A stretch of 26,444 bases of DNA. It comes from Candidatus Nanohalobium sp. (GTDB lineage Archaea > Nanohalarchaeota > Nanosalinia > Nanosalinales > Nanosalinaceae). The DNA is taken from the NCBI GenBank assembly GCA_042217545.1, contig JBDGSM010000056.1, positions 1-26,444 on the forward strand, in the 5' to 3' direction. Positions 8,756 through 17,707 of the stretch are shown here, one piece after another. Every line of letters starts with the position of its first letter. Within the stretch, counting starts at the first letter, position 1. The notes under the pieces are model-generated. The model did no database searches. It was not told the origin of the DNA and saw nothing but the letters and a program-made list of their open reading frames with translations. Made by a program: the position numbers and the translations under genes.

Positions 8756-8761
8756 ACAATG
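8704..8761 (+). repeat. Double-hairpin stop/SD/restart element, copy 3
   Basis: GAAAATC-CAGA-GACTTTC (6/7 pairs), linker ending TTGCA, AAAAATCACC-ACA-GGTGATTTTT (10-bp perfect stem), then GAACAATG. Confidence 0.8.
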
Positions 8762-10162
8762 ACACAGAAAGAGTACCAGACGATTCGAGAGGTCAAGGAC
8801 CCTCTTGTATTTGTGGAGAAAACCGAAGACATCTCCTACGGAGACATCGTAGAAGTGGAGACAGCGGACGGAGAAATCAAGACAGGAGAAGTCCTCGAGA
8901 CATCGAAAGACGTAGTAGTAGTCCAGCTCTACGAGGAGACTACAGGCGTAGGCAGAGACTCACACGTCCGGTTCATGGACGAGAACGTCAAGATGCCGGT
9001 CACAGAAGACCTCCTCGGAAGAGTCCTCGACGGTACCGGAGATCCTATCGACGAAGGACCGGAGATCATCCCGGAAGAGGAAAGAGACATCGTAGGAGAG
9101 GCCATCAACCCTTACTCCAGAGAGCTACCTGAGGACTTCATCCAGACAGGAGTCTCCACGATCGACGTCATGAACACATTAGTTCGTGGACAGAAACTTC
9201 CGATCTTCTCAGGATCAGGCCTTCCACACAACGAACTGGCAATGCAGATCGCCCGACAGGCAGAAGTCCAGGGCGAAGACGAAGAGTTCGCAGTAGTATT
9301 CGCAGGAATGGGAATTACTGAAGAAGAATCCCAGGAGTTCATCGAGGAGTTCGAGGAGACAGGGGCACTGGAAAGATCAGTTGTCTTCCTGAACAAGGCC
9401 TCGGACCCAGCACCTGAACGTCTGATCACGCCAAGACTCGCATTGACAACAGCGGAGTACCTGGCATTTGAGAAAGGCTACGAAGTCCTGGTTATCATGA
9501 CCGACATGACAAACTACTGTAACGCACTCAGAGAAGTCTCCGCAGCGAGAGAGGAAGTTCCTGGTAGAAGAGGATACCCAGGATACATGTACACCAACCT
9601 CGCCGAACTGTACGAAAGAGCGGGAATTATCCAGGGGCGTGAAGGTTCTGTTACACAGATCCCGATCCTGACCATGCCTAACGACGACAAGACACATCCA
9701 ATACCTGACCTCACAGGATACATCACAGAGGGACAGATCGTGGTCGACAGAGACCTCGACAACCAGGGAGTAAAGCCTCCGGTAGACGTCCTTCCATCGC
9801 TTTCCCGGCTGGAGGACAACGGTATCGGAGAGGGATACACACGTGAAGACCACGGAGAGGTATCCGACCAGCTTTACGCCCTCTACGCGGAGGGAGAGAA
9901 CCTGAGAGACCTCGTATCCATCGTCGGAGAAGACGCACTGAGCGACCGTGATGAGAAGATCCTGGAGTTCACCCGGCAGTACGAGCAGAGGTTCGTAGAC
10001 CAGGGCTGGAGAGAGAACAGAGATATCGACGAAGCCCTTGATCTTGCGTGGGACCTGCTTTCCATCGTACCGGAAGGAGAGCTCACGAGGATCGACAAGG
10101 AGACCAGGAAGAAGTACCTCGACATCAAAACCCAGGAAACAGAAGACGGGGAAGAGGAGTAA
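8759..10162 (+). CDS. atpB: A-type ATP synthase subunit B
   Basis: [49 protein letters not shown] and PSLSRL. Confidence 0.99.
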   Translation: MTQKEYQTIREVKDPLVFVEKTEDISYGDIVEVETADGEIKTGEVLETSKDVVVVQLYEETTGVGRDSHVRFMDENVKMPVTEDLLGRVLDGTGDPIDEGPEIIPEEERDIVGEAINPYSRELPEDFIQTGVSTIDVMNTLVRGQKLPIFSGSGLPHNELAMQIARQAEVQGEDEEFAVVFAGMGITEEESQEFIEEFEETGALERSVVFLNKASDPAPERLITPRLALTTAEYLAFEKGYEVLVIMTDMTNYCNALREVSAAREEVPGRRGYPGYMYTNLAELYERAGIIQGREGSVTQIPILTMPNDDKTHPIPDLTGYITEGQIVVDRDLDNQGVKPPVDVLPSLSRLEDNGIGEGYTREDHGEVSDQLYALYAEGENLRDLVSIVGEDALSDRDEKILEFTRQYEQRFVDQGWRENRDIDEALDLAWDLLSIVPEGELTRIDKETRKKYLDIKTQETEDGEEE

Positions 10163-10170
10163 AATCCCTT

Positions 10171-10190
10171 TAAGGCCTTCAGAGGCCTTA
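10171..10190. repeat. Perfect inverted repeat built from two AGGCCT sites (atpB-atpD gap)
   Basis: TAAGGCCT-TCAG-AGGCCTTA. Confidence 0.75.
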
Positions 10191-10206
10191 GATTTCAACT
10201 GATACG

Positions 10207-10845
10207 ATGGCACAGGACGTCAAACCAACAAGATCCGAGGAACTCCGTCTTAAAGAGCGCATAGAACTCGCGGAGAACGGCCACGAAATCCTGGAGAAGA
10301 AACGGGACGGCTTGATCCACGAGTTCATGGAGATCATCGACGACGCGCAGGAGGTCAACCAGGAGATCGCAGACCTGTACTCACAGGCCAAGCTAAAGAT
10401 GATGCTTGCCAAGATCTACGACGGAGAAGACACTGTCATGGCGAACGCAATGGCCGTCGAACAGGAAACAGAGATTTCTCTAGAGGCTCAGAACATCATG
10501 GGGGTCAAAGTACCGGAGATTGAATCCGAGAACAAGATCCAGCGACGCATACTCGACAGAGAATACGGGATCACCTCCACGACCTCAAGGATCGACTCCA
10601 CAGCGGACAAGTACGAGGAACTGCTGGAAAAAATCATCGACGCGGCAGAGACTCAGACAAAGATCCTCAAACTCCTCGATGAAATAGAGAAGACGAAAAG
10701 GCGTGTAAACGCTCTCGAACACAAGACCATCCCGGAGATGAAGGAAGCCAAGTCAGAGGTCAGCCAGGTCCTCCAGGAAAGAAGCAGAGAAGAGACCTTC
10801 CGCATGAAAAAGATCAAGGAAATGCAGGAAGAAGCAGAAGAGTAA
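10207..10845 (+). CDS. atpD: A-type ATP synthase subunit D
   Basis: VKPTRSE, GHEILEKKRDGL, NIMGVKVP and TKRRVNALEH..IP. Confidence 0.98.
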   Translation: MAQDVKPTRSEELRLKERIELAENGHEILEKKRDGLIHEFMEIIDDAQEVNQEIADLYSQAKLKMMLAKIYDGEDTVMANAMAVEQETEISLEAQNIMGVKVPEIESENKIQRRILDREYGITSTTSRIDSTADKYEELLEKIIDAAETQTKILKLLDEIEKTKRRVNALEHKTIPEMKEAKSEVSQVLQERSREETFRMKKIKEMQEEAEE

Positions 10846-10892
10846 AAGGCCTCACATACCCCACCTATTATTCTCTTAATTTCTATAAGGAA

Positions 10893-11336
10893 TTATCTCA
10901 AGGCCTGTACTGGATTGTATCCTGTGTCGAGGCCTAGGAAGCTGTCGAAGTGTTTTGAAACGTATTCTTCTACTTCTCTTTCTAATTCGGGGTCGTTTAC
11001 TTCGAAGGAGGCCTTTATGCGGGCTGCGCCTTCGCCAGGTAGGTGTGTTTCGTATCGGATTTCTCCGTTGATTCCCTCTGCCTCCAGTTCCATATCTGCG
11101 ATCGCGACATCGATATCTCCAGCATAGGCAAGGCCCTGGAATTCATCGAATCCGATCCGGCCGTTTCTTTCTCCTACGACATAGAAATCCTCATTTACAG
11201 TGGCGTCATCCACTATCTCAAGGAAATCCTGTTCGTACCGATGGAAACTCTCGTAGATCTCATGAGATCTCCAGTCATTGGATAGAAAAAGGAATTCAGG
11301 TCTTCTGGGAGACCTGTAACCGCTGAATTCCGTCAT
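10893..11336 (-). CDS. Hypothetical acidic protein
   Basis: 147 aa ORF, ATG 7 nt downstream of the nucleotidyltransferase stop, acidic composition like neighbouring genes. Confidence 0.65.
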   Translation of the reverse strand: MTEFSGYRSPRRPEFLFLSNDWRSHEIYESFHRYEQDFLEIVDDATVNEDFYVVGERNGRIGFDEFQGLAYAGDIDVAIADMELEAEGINGEIRYETHLPGEGAARIKASFEVNDPELEREVEEYVSKHFDSFLGLDTGYNPVQALR

Positions 11337-11343
11337 AAGGCCT

Positions 11344-12600
11344 TTACTTCTGTTTTTCCTCTTCTTCCTCTTCTTCCTTTTCTATCTCTTTCTCTGCCTT
11401 TTCTTCGAGGTTGGGTACTGCCTCCTCAGGGTCTGAGGCCTTTGCTATGCTGTTTGGGTCCATGTCTGGTGTCATGTTTTCTGCTTCTTTCTGTTTCTGT
11501 CTCTGGATGTCTTTTCCGATGTCTGATACGAAGTCTCTTGTTTCGTTCTTGAGTTCGTAGATTTCTTTCTCGTTGACGTCGTCCATTTCTTTGTTTTTGA
11601 CTTTTTCGATGACGTGTTCCCAGCGGTCGAACATTTCTACGTGTTCTTCTCCTACGTCCAGGTTGTCCGCTACGACGCCTGGAAGATCTTCCTTATCTTC
11701 TGGAGGTTCTACGCCCTGGCTTTTGAGTGCTGCGACGTTTGCTTTGAGGAACTTCTTGTAGTCATCTACTATGCCTTTGACTTTCTTCCTTGATCCGAGC
11801 TGGCTTACCAGTTTATGCATTCTCCGAACGAATTCGTCCGTCATCTGCAGGTGTTCTTCGATGTCTTCTCCCGTTACTTTTTCAGGTTCTTTTTCGCCTA
11901 CGTCTCCGAAGTCGTATATCTTACGTGCTTTTTCGACGAACTCTTCTTCAAGCATGTCTTTTTCCACGAACATTTCCTCCAGGACATCTGGAACGTTTTC
12001 CTTTGCTGGAGGCTTCTTTCCTGCAAGCATGATCGGTGCCTGTCCTGCGTTTGCCATCGCCTGTTCTAACTTGTGTGGGATAGATGAGCGGAAGTTTTTC
12101 TCTGCTTTCTTGTATCCTGCTGCCCCCATCTTCAGGCGTTTCCTGACTGATTCCTGAGTTCCCGTTATCTTTCCACGTTCAAGTAATCTTTTTGCTGGCA
12201 TGAAGAGGCCCGTGTCATATACAGGCTGTCCGTTTCTTACCGCTTCGATAGCCAGTGGCTCTCCTTTCCTGAGTGAGTCCCAGAACTCTGTGAGGAAGGG
12301 GAAGTACTGGATAGTAATTCTTTCATCTGTCTCCTTCGCCAGGTTAGTTACTTTCTTCCTGATCTTGTTCTTAGCATCGTCCGGAACATCTTTCTGGAGC
12401 TTGGTGTCGTCCAGGATAACAAGGGTGTCTATATCAGAGTCGTGTCCGTGCTCTCCCTTTGCAACGCTGCCCCAGACAGCTACTACTTTAACTTTGTCGC
12501 CGAGTTTCTCATTCAGTTTGTCAGCGAATTCCTCTGCGGACTCCATCCTTCTTTCCCGAGATTTCTGCCGCATCTCCTTCATCTTATCTTTGGAACTCAT
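11344..12600 (-). CDS. Pol-beta-family (MNT-like) nucleotidyltransferase fused to HEPN-like helical domain(s)
   Basis: WGSVAKG...DSDIDTLVILDD (GS + DxD motif), followed by helical regions of the 'AxQAxxMxxGxxPP' type and an acidic tail. Confidence 0.8.
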   Translation of the reverse strand: MSSKDKMKEMRQKSRERRMESAEEFADKLNEKLGDKVKVVAVWGSVAKGEHGHDSDIDTLVILDDTKLQKDVPDDAKNKIRKKVTNLAKETDERITIQYFPFLTEFWDSLRKGEPLAIEAVRNGQPVYDTGLFMPAKRLLERGKITGTQESVRKRLKMGAAGYKKAEKNFRSSIPHKLEQAMANAGQAPIMLAGKKPPAKENVPDVLEEMFVEKDMLEEEFVEKARKIYDFGDVGEKEPEKVTGEDIEEHLQMTDEFVRRMHKLVSQLGSRKKVKGIVDDYKKFLKANVAALKSQGVEPPEDKEDLPGVVADNLDVGEEHVEMFDRWEHVIEKVKNKEMDDVNEKEIYELKNETRDFVSDIGKDIQRQKQKEAENMTPDMDPNSIAKASDPEEAVPNLEEKAEKEIEKEEEEEEEKQK

Positions 12601-12634
12601 GGAGAGATCACAGTTAGGAAAACGACTCTCAAAC

Positions 12635-12642
12635 TTATAAAA
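12635..12642. promoter_or_regulatory. Probable bidirectional TATA box
   Basis: TTATAAAA lies about 35 nt from the minus-strand ATG at 12600 and about 30 nt from the plus-strand ATG at 12672. Confidence 0.5.
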
Positions 12643-12671
12643 CTTTCAGACTCTTTCGTCACCGAAAAGTC

Positions 12672-13313
12672 ATGATAGAAGGCCTGATGGCAGCTCCCAG
12701 CGTTCGCAACCACGAGGCCTAAAATGATGGATTTAACTCCTCGAAAGTGGAGAGATGGATATCCGAAGAACTGGAGGGCTTCGACGACGCTGTCCTGATG
12801 GGAGTGCCCGGATCTGAGATTGAGAAGTACACCGATGCAACCTCCGAGATCCTTAGAGATCCAGCTCTTGAAAAAGCAGACATTTACAGCCACGAACAGG
12901 AGGGAAACTTCCTGGGCCTTGAATACGAGGAGATAGAGTACGAAAAAAGCCCTAGCAGGATCGCCGATGTCGAATGGATGAGAGAAAAGTTTTCCTCCGA
13001 CGAAGATATAGCAGTGGTTTCATTCGACTACAACTTAAGAACAGGCCTTGAGATAGATCGCAGGATGGAAGATCACAGAACTTTCGGCCAGTTCACCCCA
13101 GAATTCGAGGATTTCCAGGCCTTCACGCTTGGAAACTATGTTAAAAGCCTTCTGCCGTTTACAGAGTCATTCAGTGATGAGTTAGAGGATTATGGCGAGA
13201 AGTTGCGGAGTGAGGTCTTCCGCCACAGTCTTTCGAGGCTTCCTTATGGCCAGGAGTTGAAGAATTTAGGTAAGAAAGGCTTTGACAGAGTCCTGGGCGG
13301 TTTTGAGTACTGA
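12672..13313 (+). pseudogene. Acidic hypothetical gene with an apparent in-frame TAA at 12720-12722 (or an intact 188-aa gene from GTG 12747)
   Basis: ATG 12672 reads MIEGLMAAPSVRNHEA*NDGFNSSKVERWIS... in the same frame as ORF 12747..13313. That ATG has correct TATA spacing; GTG 12747 has no evident SD. Confidence 0.5.
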
Positions 13314-13314
13314 A

Positions 13315-15966
13315 TTATCTGAATTCTTCGTTTTTCCATTCGTTAGGCCTGTTCCCGCCCTGTTCTATGGCTGCGCTTCCGCTCCAAGTGTAGTCGAATC
13401 CTTCTGCCTGTAGTAGTCCGTCGAGTGGGTCGAAGGCGTGTTCTTCGATCTTTGCCCATTCTCTTGTGAAGTTAGGCCTGTCCATGCGGAAGAAGCGGGC
13501 CATGAGTGCTTCTTTTTCGTCTCTGTACTCCGAGTCCGGGTCGACTTTGCTCGGGTCGAGGTCGTCCGGGGCTACGTCGAGTTCTATGAGGTCTGTTGCG
13601 ATTTCTGCCTGGAAGACTGTTCCTGCCTGCTCTCCTCCGACTTCGTACATTACGTAGGCCTCTTCTCCAGGGTTCATGCCGAATCCGGCCTGGAACATGT
13701 CGTAGAGCCATTCGTATAGTTCGACGTCCCCTTTCCTGAACGGTCCGTGGGTGTGGCCAGCTCCCTGACTTGTCTCCCATCCTGGGCTTGTGAGGTGGTA
13801 CATTCTTACGATGTATGCTAGTGGTTTGTCCTTGTCGACCTGTACGTTGTAGCTCTGTCCTGCAAGCCATTTTTCCTGGTCGATCAGAAGTTCCATCTCT
13901 CCCCAGGGTTCGACGCCGAATGATGCAGTGTGCTCCATGTCGATCGTGAACTTGGCTATTCCTCCATCAAGGTCTTCATGTATCTCGTCGAGTTTTTCCC
14001 TGGCTGTCATGTTGACTGCCCTGCAGGCCGTGACTATGTCTTTAGGCCTCCATATCTTGAACATTTCGTTCGAGCTCCCTGCCATGGCCTCCATGTTGAC
14101 TCCGAGGCCGTACTTGTTCATCCATTCGATCCAGGTGTACTCTCCTTCATCTTCGGGGACGTACTGGTTGCCTTCGATCTTGAACTTGTTATCTACCTGT
14201 GTGAAATGGCTCCAGAAGTAGACGGCTGCTGAGGCTGCGGCGACGTCCATCCTGAACTCCCTGTTCTCTTCAAGGAGGTCGAGGAACTTTGGATCTCCGC
14301 CTTCTTCCGCCCTGGGGTCGGTCATGTCAAGATCGTACTTGTCGCCCCATTTCCTCTCTACGGTAGTATTCCAGATGTACTCTGGCGCTGTGAAACCGTC
14401 GTGGCCTTCGTATTCTTTACCGGCGACGGACATCCAGGCCGGTACGACACGGTAGAAAATGTTGGATTCCATCCAGATCTGCTGCTCGAAGTTTGCCGAT
14501 ATCAGGTTGCGTAGAAGCTCCTGATGCTTGTTCAACTGCATATCCTCCTCAGGGCCTTTCTTCTCGAAGTACTCGTCCTCACCCATCAAAACCTGTTCTG
14601 CATCCTCCTCTATATCGTCATCCAGCTCGTAGGCAAGTTCCTGGATCTTCATCTGCTGGACATCGAAGTGGCTGTTAAGCGCCCCGATCTTCGCATCAAT
14701 CGACATCTTCTCCTCACCGTTACCTTTCCAGAGCTCATCTAAGGCCTCTATAACCTGCTTCTGGATCGGCTCAACGTTCCTCTCGAAGATATCCCTGTCC
14801 TGTGCAATTTGTTGAGCCTGCGTCCGCATAGCCTGGCGCATCTGAGGCTGCATGTTTTGAGGAGGATCTATTCTGACAAAGCTTTCTTGAGGGCCCTCTG
14901 CTACCAGGACCTGTTCAGGACTCTTCTTTAACTGGTACATTATCCTTGGAAGCGCCTGAAGGCCTATCACAGATCCTGCGCTTCCCTCCAGGATTTCAGA
15001 CACGTTCAGTTCTGCCGTGGTCTCCGATATATTATCGGTCTGCAGGTTCCCGTTGTTATCCATGGAAAAGTCCACTTCGACTATGTCAGCTTTGAAATCT
15101 CCATGATCTTCAAGGAGTGAGAACCATTCTGTTTCAATCCCTCTGTCCTGGGTCTGTGCTGTCCTGATTACGGAGATCTTGGCTTCAAGGCTTTCGTATA
15201 GGCCTCCTACGTCCTCGTTTTCCGGGTCTGTCTTGAATGTGTAGTACTGGTTTGTTGCGTCTCTGCGGGCTTCTTCCCATCTGTCCTCGAACTTGTTGGA
15301 GTATCTGGCGAAAAGGTTGTAGTACTGGAAATCGTAGTCGACTTCTTCGAGTAAAAAGGTGTGATACAGTCTTCTGAGGAATTCCTTGTTGTCGAAGATG
15401 TTCTTTCCTCTCTCCGATTTTCTCCTCATGACTTCCTCAGAGAGTTCGCTGATCTTGTAGCCGAATGGATCAAGGCTTACGTCATCCGCCATTCTCTCGT
15501 GGAGTGGTGGAAGCTGGTCGGTCGAGACGTGGGGATTGATCCTCTGTATGTCGAAAGACAGGTCTTCTCTTTCCTCCGCTTCTTTCTTGAACGATGCAAA
15601 GTTCTGGAGGTATTTTGTGAAGTAGTCTTGTGTTATGTCGAAGCCTCTGCCTCTCCCGGTTTTGTAGGATGATGTGTATCCGATGTTTGGATCGCTGTGG
15701 AATGATACGTCGAGGCCAAGGCCTTCTATTGTATCGTAGAGGCTTTTACGGTCTATGTAGAACGTGGTAGGGTTTTCCAGCTTGATCTCCATGACGCTGC
15801 CACCTCTCTGCGCGAGCTGGCCTACTCTTTCCGCAATCTCTGACGGTATATCGGCTGTTACGTCCATTCCCGAAGTGTTTCCGACGACGTAGTTGAATCC
15901 CTCGAAGTCGTAGTCTTCATCGCTGAAATCGAACTTCTCTTTCAAACTGTCGATCAGGAATGCCAT
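13315..15966 (-). CDS. Large TIM-barrel protein of the xylose-isomerase/AP-endonuclease-2 superfamily with a ~470-aa insertion
   Basis: Ordered strand-end motifs MEIKL, VSFHSDP, INPH, NMEAM, FTIDMEH, MYHLT, HxHGPFxxG and VMYEVG; SD AGGTGA upstream. Confidence 0.65.
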   Translation of the reverse strand: MAFLIDSLKEKFDFSDEDYDFEGFNYVVGNTSGMDVTADIPSEIAERVGQLAQRGGSVMEIKLENPTTFYIDRKSLYDTIEGLGLDVSFHSDPNIGYTSSYKTGRGRGFDITQDYFTKYLQNFASFKKEAEEREDLSFDIQRINPHVSTDQLPPLHERMADDVSLDPFGYKISELSEEVMRRKSERGKNIFDNKEFLRRLYHTFLLEEVDYDFQYYNLFARYSNKFEDRWEEARRDATNQYYTFKTDPENEDVGGLYESLEAKISVIRTAQTQDRGIETEWFSLLEDHGDFKADIVEVDFSMDNNGNLQTDNISETTAELNVSEILEGSAGSVIGLQALPRIMYQLKKSPEQVLVAEGPQESFVRIDPPQNMQPQMRQAMRTQAQQIAQDRDIFERNVEPIQKQVIEALDELWKGNGEEKMSIDAKIGALNSHFDVQQMKIQELAYELDDDIEEDAEQVLMGEDEYFEKKGPEEDMQLNKHQELLRNLISANFEQQIWMESNIFYRVVPAWMSVAGKEYEGHDGFTAPEYIWNTTVERKWGDKYDLDMTDPRAEEGGDPKFLDLLEENREFRMDVAAASAAVYFWSHFTQVDNKFKIEGNQYVPEDEGEYTWIEWMNKYGLGVNMEAMAGSSNEMFKIWRPKDIVTACRAVNMTAREKLDEIHEDLDGGIAKFTIDMEHTASFGVEPWGEMELLIDQEKWLAGQSYNVQVDKDKPLAYIVRMYHLTSPGWETSQGAGHTHGPFRKGDVELYEWLYDMFQAGFGMNPGEEAYVMYEVGGEQAGTVFQAEIATDLIELDVAPDDLDPSKVDPDSEYRDEKEALMARFFRMDRPNFTREWAKIEEHAFDPLDGLLQAEGFDYTWSGSAAIEQGGNRPNEWKNEEFR

Positions 15967-15978
15967 TCTTTTTTCACC

Positions 15979-17610
15979 TCAGTTCATTGTGTAGAGGCCG
16001 AATCCGGCCTTGAGATTCCAGTAGTAGTTGAACCACATGTCGTGTGTGAGATCGCCGAGCGGATCAGCGCCAGGAGGAATCACATAAGGATCTGTCTGAC
16101 CTGTAAACTTCCTCAGTGTCTGCTCAAAGCTACCGTACATATCGCTTCCGCCTTCGTCCTCGGTCACTAGCGAGGTATCAAGTATCTCGTCGATCGCCTC
16201 CAGGTATTCGTCCTGAAGTATGTTTACGGGGTCGAGGCCGTCTTCTATCCTTCTTATCTTGGATGAGACCTCGAGAGGGATGTCCTCATCAATCTCTTTA
16301 CCGATCTCCTCTCTTAGCTGCCTGACCGTCATATCCTTGTCTTTCCTGGCCTCTTTAAGCTCGTCGCCGTCCTCTGTCTCGAAGTCGCCCGTGTAGTCCT
16401 TCATAAGTTGCTCGGTCTGGTTCTCGTATTTCTCGATCTTGGCCTTGAAAAAGTTCTCCCAGACATGTCTGCAGACCACCGCAGGATGCCACATTACGAC
16501 GCCGGAGGAAGGTCCTTCAGCCGGGCTCTGCGGGTTGCCTGGCGCGGCCATGTTGACGTGAACGCCATGGATGTAGATAATCCTGAAATGGGTTGCCTCA
16601 TCCTCGTCATCAACCACAACTATCTCGCCGTTCTCCTTTCTGAGCGGCTTGTAAGATATAAACTCCAGATTTCTCTCCATCGAGGAGTTGCCTTTCCACT
16701 CATAGTAACTGGTCATCTCGTCCTGGTTGGCCCCCATCTTGTTGATCATGACCATGTCCTTAACATAGGGCTCAAGCCATTCCTTGGTCTCCTCTATAGA
16801 CCTCTCAATGCTTTTAAGCTGGCCTTTCAGATCTTCAAGCTTCCTGTTAACCTCGGAACCATATAGATCCTTCCATTTCTCGTACATCGTGTACTTCTTC
16901 TTCAGAATCGCTTTCTGGTTGCGAGGCCTGTCAGCCAGCTTCCCATCCTTGTTATCATCCCTCTCATCAGCATGTCTGAGATCATCAAGCGACTCCATCT
17001 CGTTAAAATCCGCTACAATAGTAGGATAGATGTTCTGATCCCTGTAAAACTTCAGGGAGGCCTCATCGCCGCCCTGCTGGCCTCCTCCCGCGCCGTCCAC
17101 AAGTTCGATGAAGTCGCCCTTCAGAACGGTCTCATCTTTCTCACTCATGGCCTCTGCACGGGAACGAAGCTTTCTTATATCGTGTTCAAGCATGTGCTTC
17201 TGTTTCATCAGTTCTGATATGTTCCGCATATTCTCCTTTACCTTGGACTCGGCCTGCTGCTTTCTCTGCATGAATTCGTCGTGCAGCTGGCTCTGAGGTG
17301 CGACATAGATGCCTTCCTGCGTCCTTGAAACATCGTAGTCTTTGTTCTCATCGAGATCGTCGGCAGCGGTCAGTACGACTGCGAAAGGAGTTCCCTGGCT
17401 CTTCGCCGATATCTTCATCTTTTTCCAGTGATCTCCCATGATTGGCTTCAGGAAGTCATCATCCAGTTCATCTCTGAGGCCTTTCAGGCCTGTTATCTCT
17501 CCTTTTTCGATCTTTTTCTTTACTTCTGCTGCGTCTCCTTCCACGTCTCCATGGGTCTCGAAGACATGTCCAAACTTGCAGGTATCCGGGAGATCGCCGC
17601 CGTGACTCAT
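15979..17610 (-). CDS. Coiled-coil hypothetical protein with an embedded XRE/Cro-like HTH
   Basis: Heptad-rich segments (KVKENMRNISELMKQK...; LEDLKGQLKSIERSIEE) and GDELKEARKDKDMTVRQL...IRRIEDG; 12 nt upstream of the TIM-barrel gene. Confidence 0.7.
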   Translation of the reverse strand: MSHGGDLPDTCKFGHVFETHGDVEGDAAEVKKKIEKGEITGLKGLRDELDDDFLKPIMGDHWKKMKISAKSQGTPFAVVLTAADDLDENKDYDVSRTQEGIYVAPQSQLHDEFMQRKQQAESKVKENMRNISELMKQKHMLEHDIRKLRSRAEAMSEKDETVLKGDFIELVDGAGGGQQGGDEASLKFYRDQNIYPTIVADFNEMESLDDLRHADERDDNKDGKLADRPRNQKAILKKKYTMYEKWKDLYGSEVNRKLEDLKGQLKSIERSIEETKEWLEPYVKDMVMINKMGANQDEMTSYYEWKGNSSMERNLEFISYKPLRKENGEIVVVDDEDEATHFRIIYIHGVHVNMAAPGNPQSPAEGPSSGVVMWHPAVVCRHVWENFFKAKIEKYENQTEQLMKDYTGDFETEDGDELKEARKDKDMTVRQLREEIGKEIDEDIPLEVSSKIRRIEDGLDPVNILQDEYLEAIDEILDTSLVTEDEGGSDMYGSFEQTLRKFTGQTDPYVIPPGADPLGDLTHDMWFNYYWNLKAGFGLYTMN

Positions 17611-17707
17611 CTTATCTTACCATTAGGTATTGCTTCTACTTAAAATTCGAACTCTGGAAAAATCCGTTCCAAATAAATGGGTAAGGTCCGCCTTAAATCA
17701 TAGGAAG

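Noticed and set aside
6824..8761. Hairpin elements as CRISPR repeats or tRNA fragments
   Set aside because: Copies are divergent and irregularly spaced, with no spacers, cas genes or cloverleaf/T-loop.
9377..10213. 278-aa antisense ORF over atpB, and other shadow ORFs (e.g. 4863-5336, 7213-7707, 16408-16866)
   Set aside because: They fully overlap well-supported genes and have S/F/L-rich, non-acidic composition expected from antisense reading of acidic genes.
12597..12893. 98-aa minus-strand ORF abutting the nucleotidyltransferase start
   Set aside because: Non-acidic, spans the probable promoter and overlaps the better plus-strand ORF.
17642..17665. AAAATTCGAA...TGGAAAAATCC resembling element copy 1
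   Set aside because: Neither hairpin can form; AT-rich promoter context explains the similarity.
17630..17707. N-terminal extension of ORF 17630 from TTG (similarly 23060-23107 of ORF 22799)
   Set aside because: The extensions cover promoter DNA or the adjacent gene; downstream ATGs give more plausible starts.
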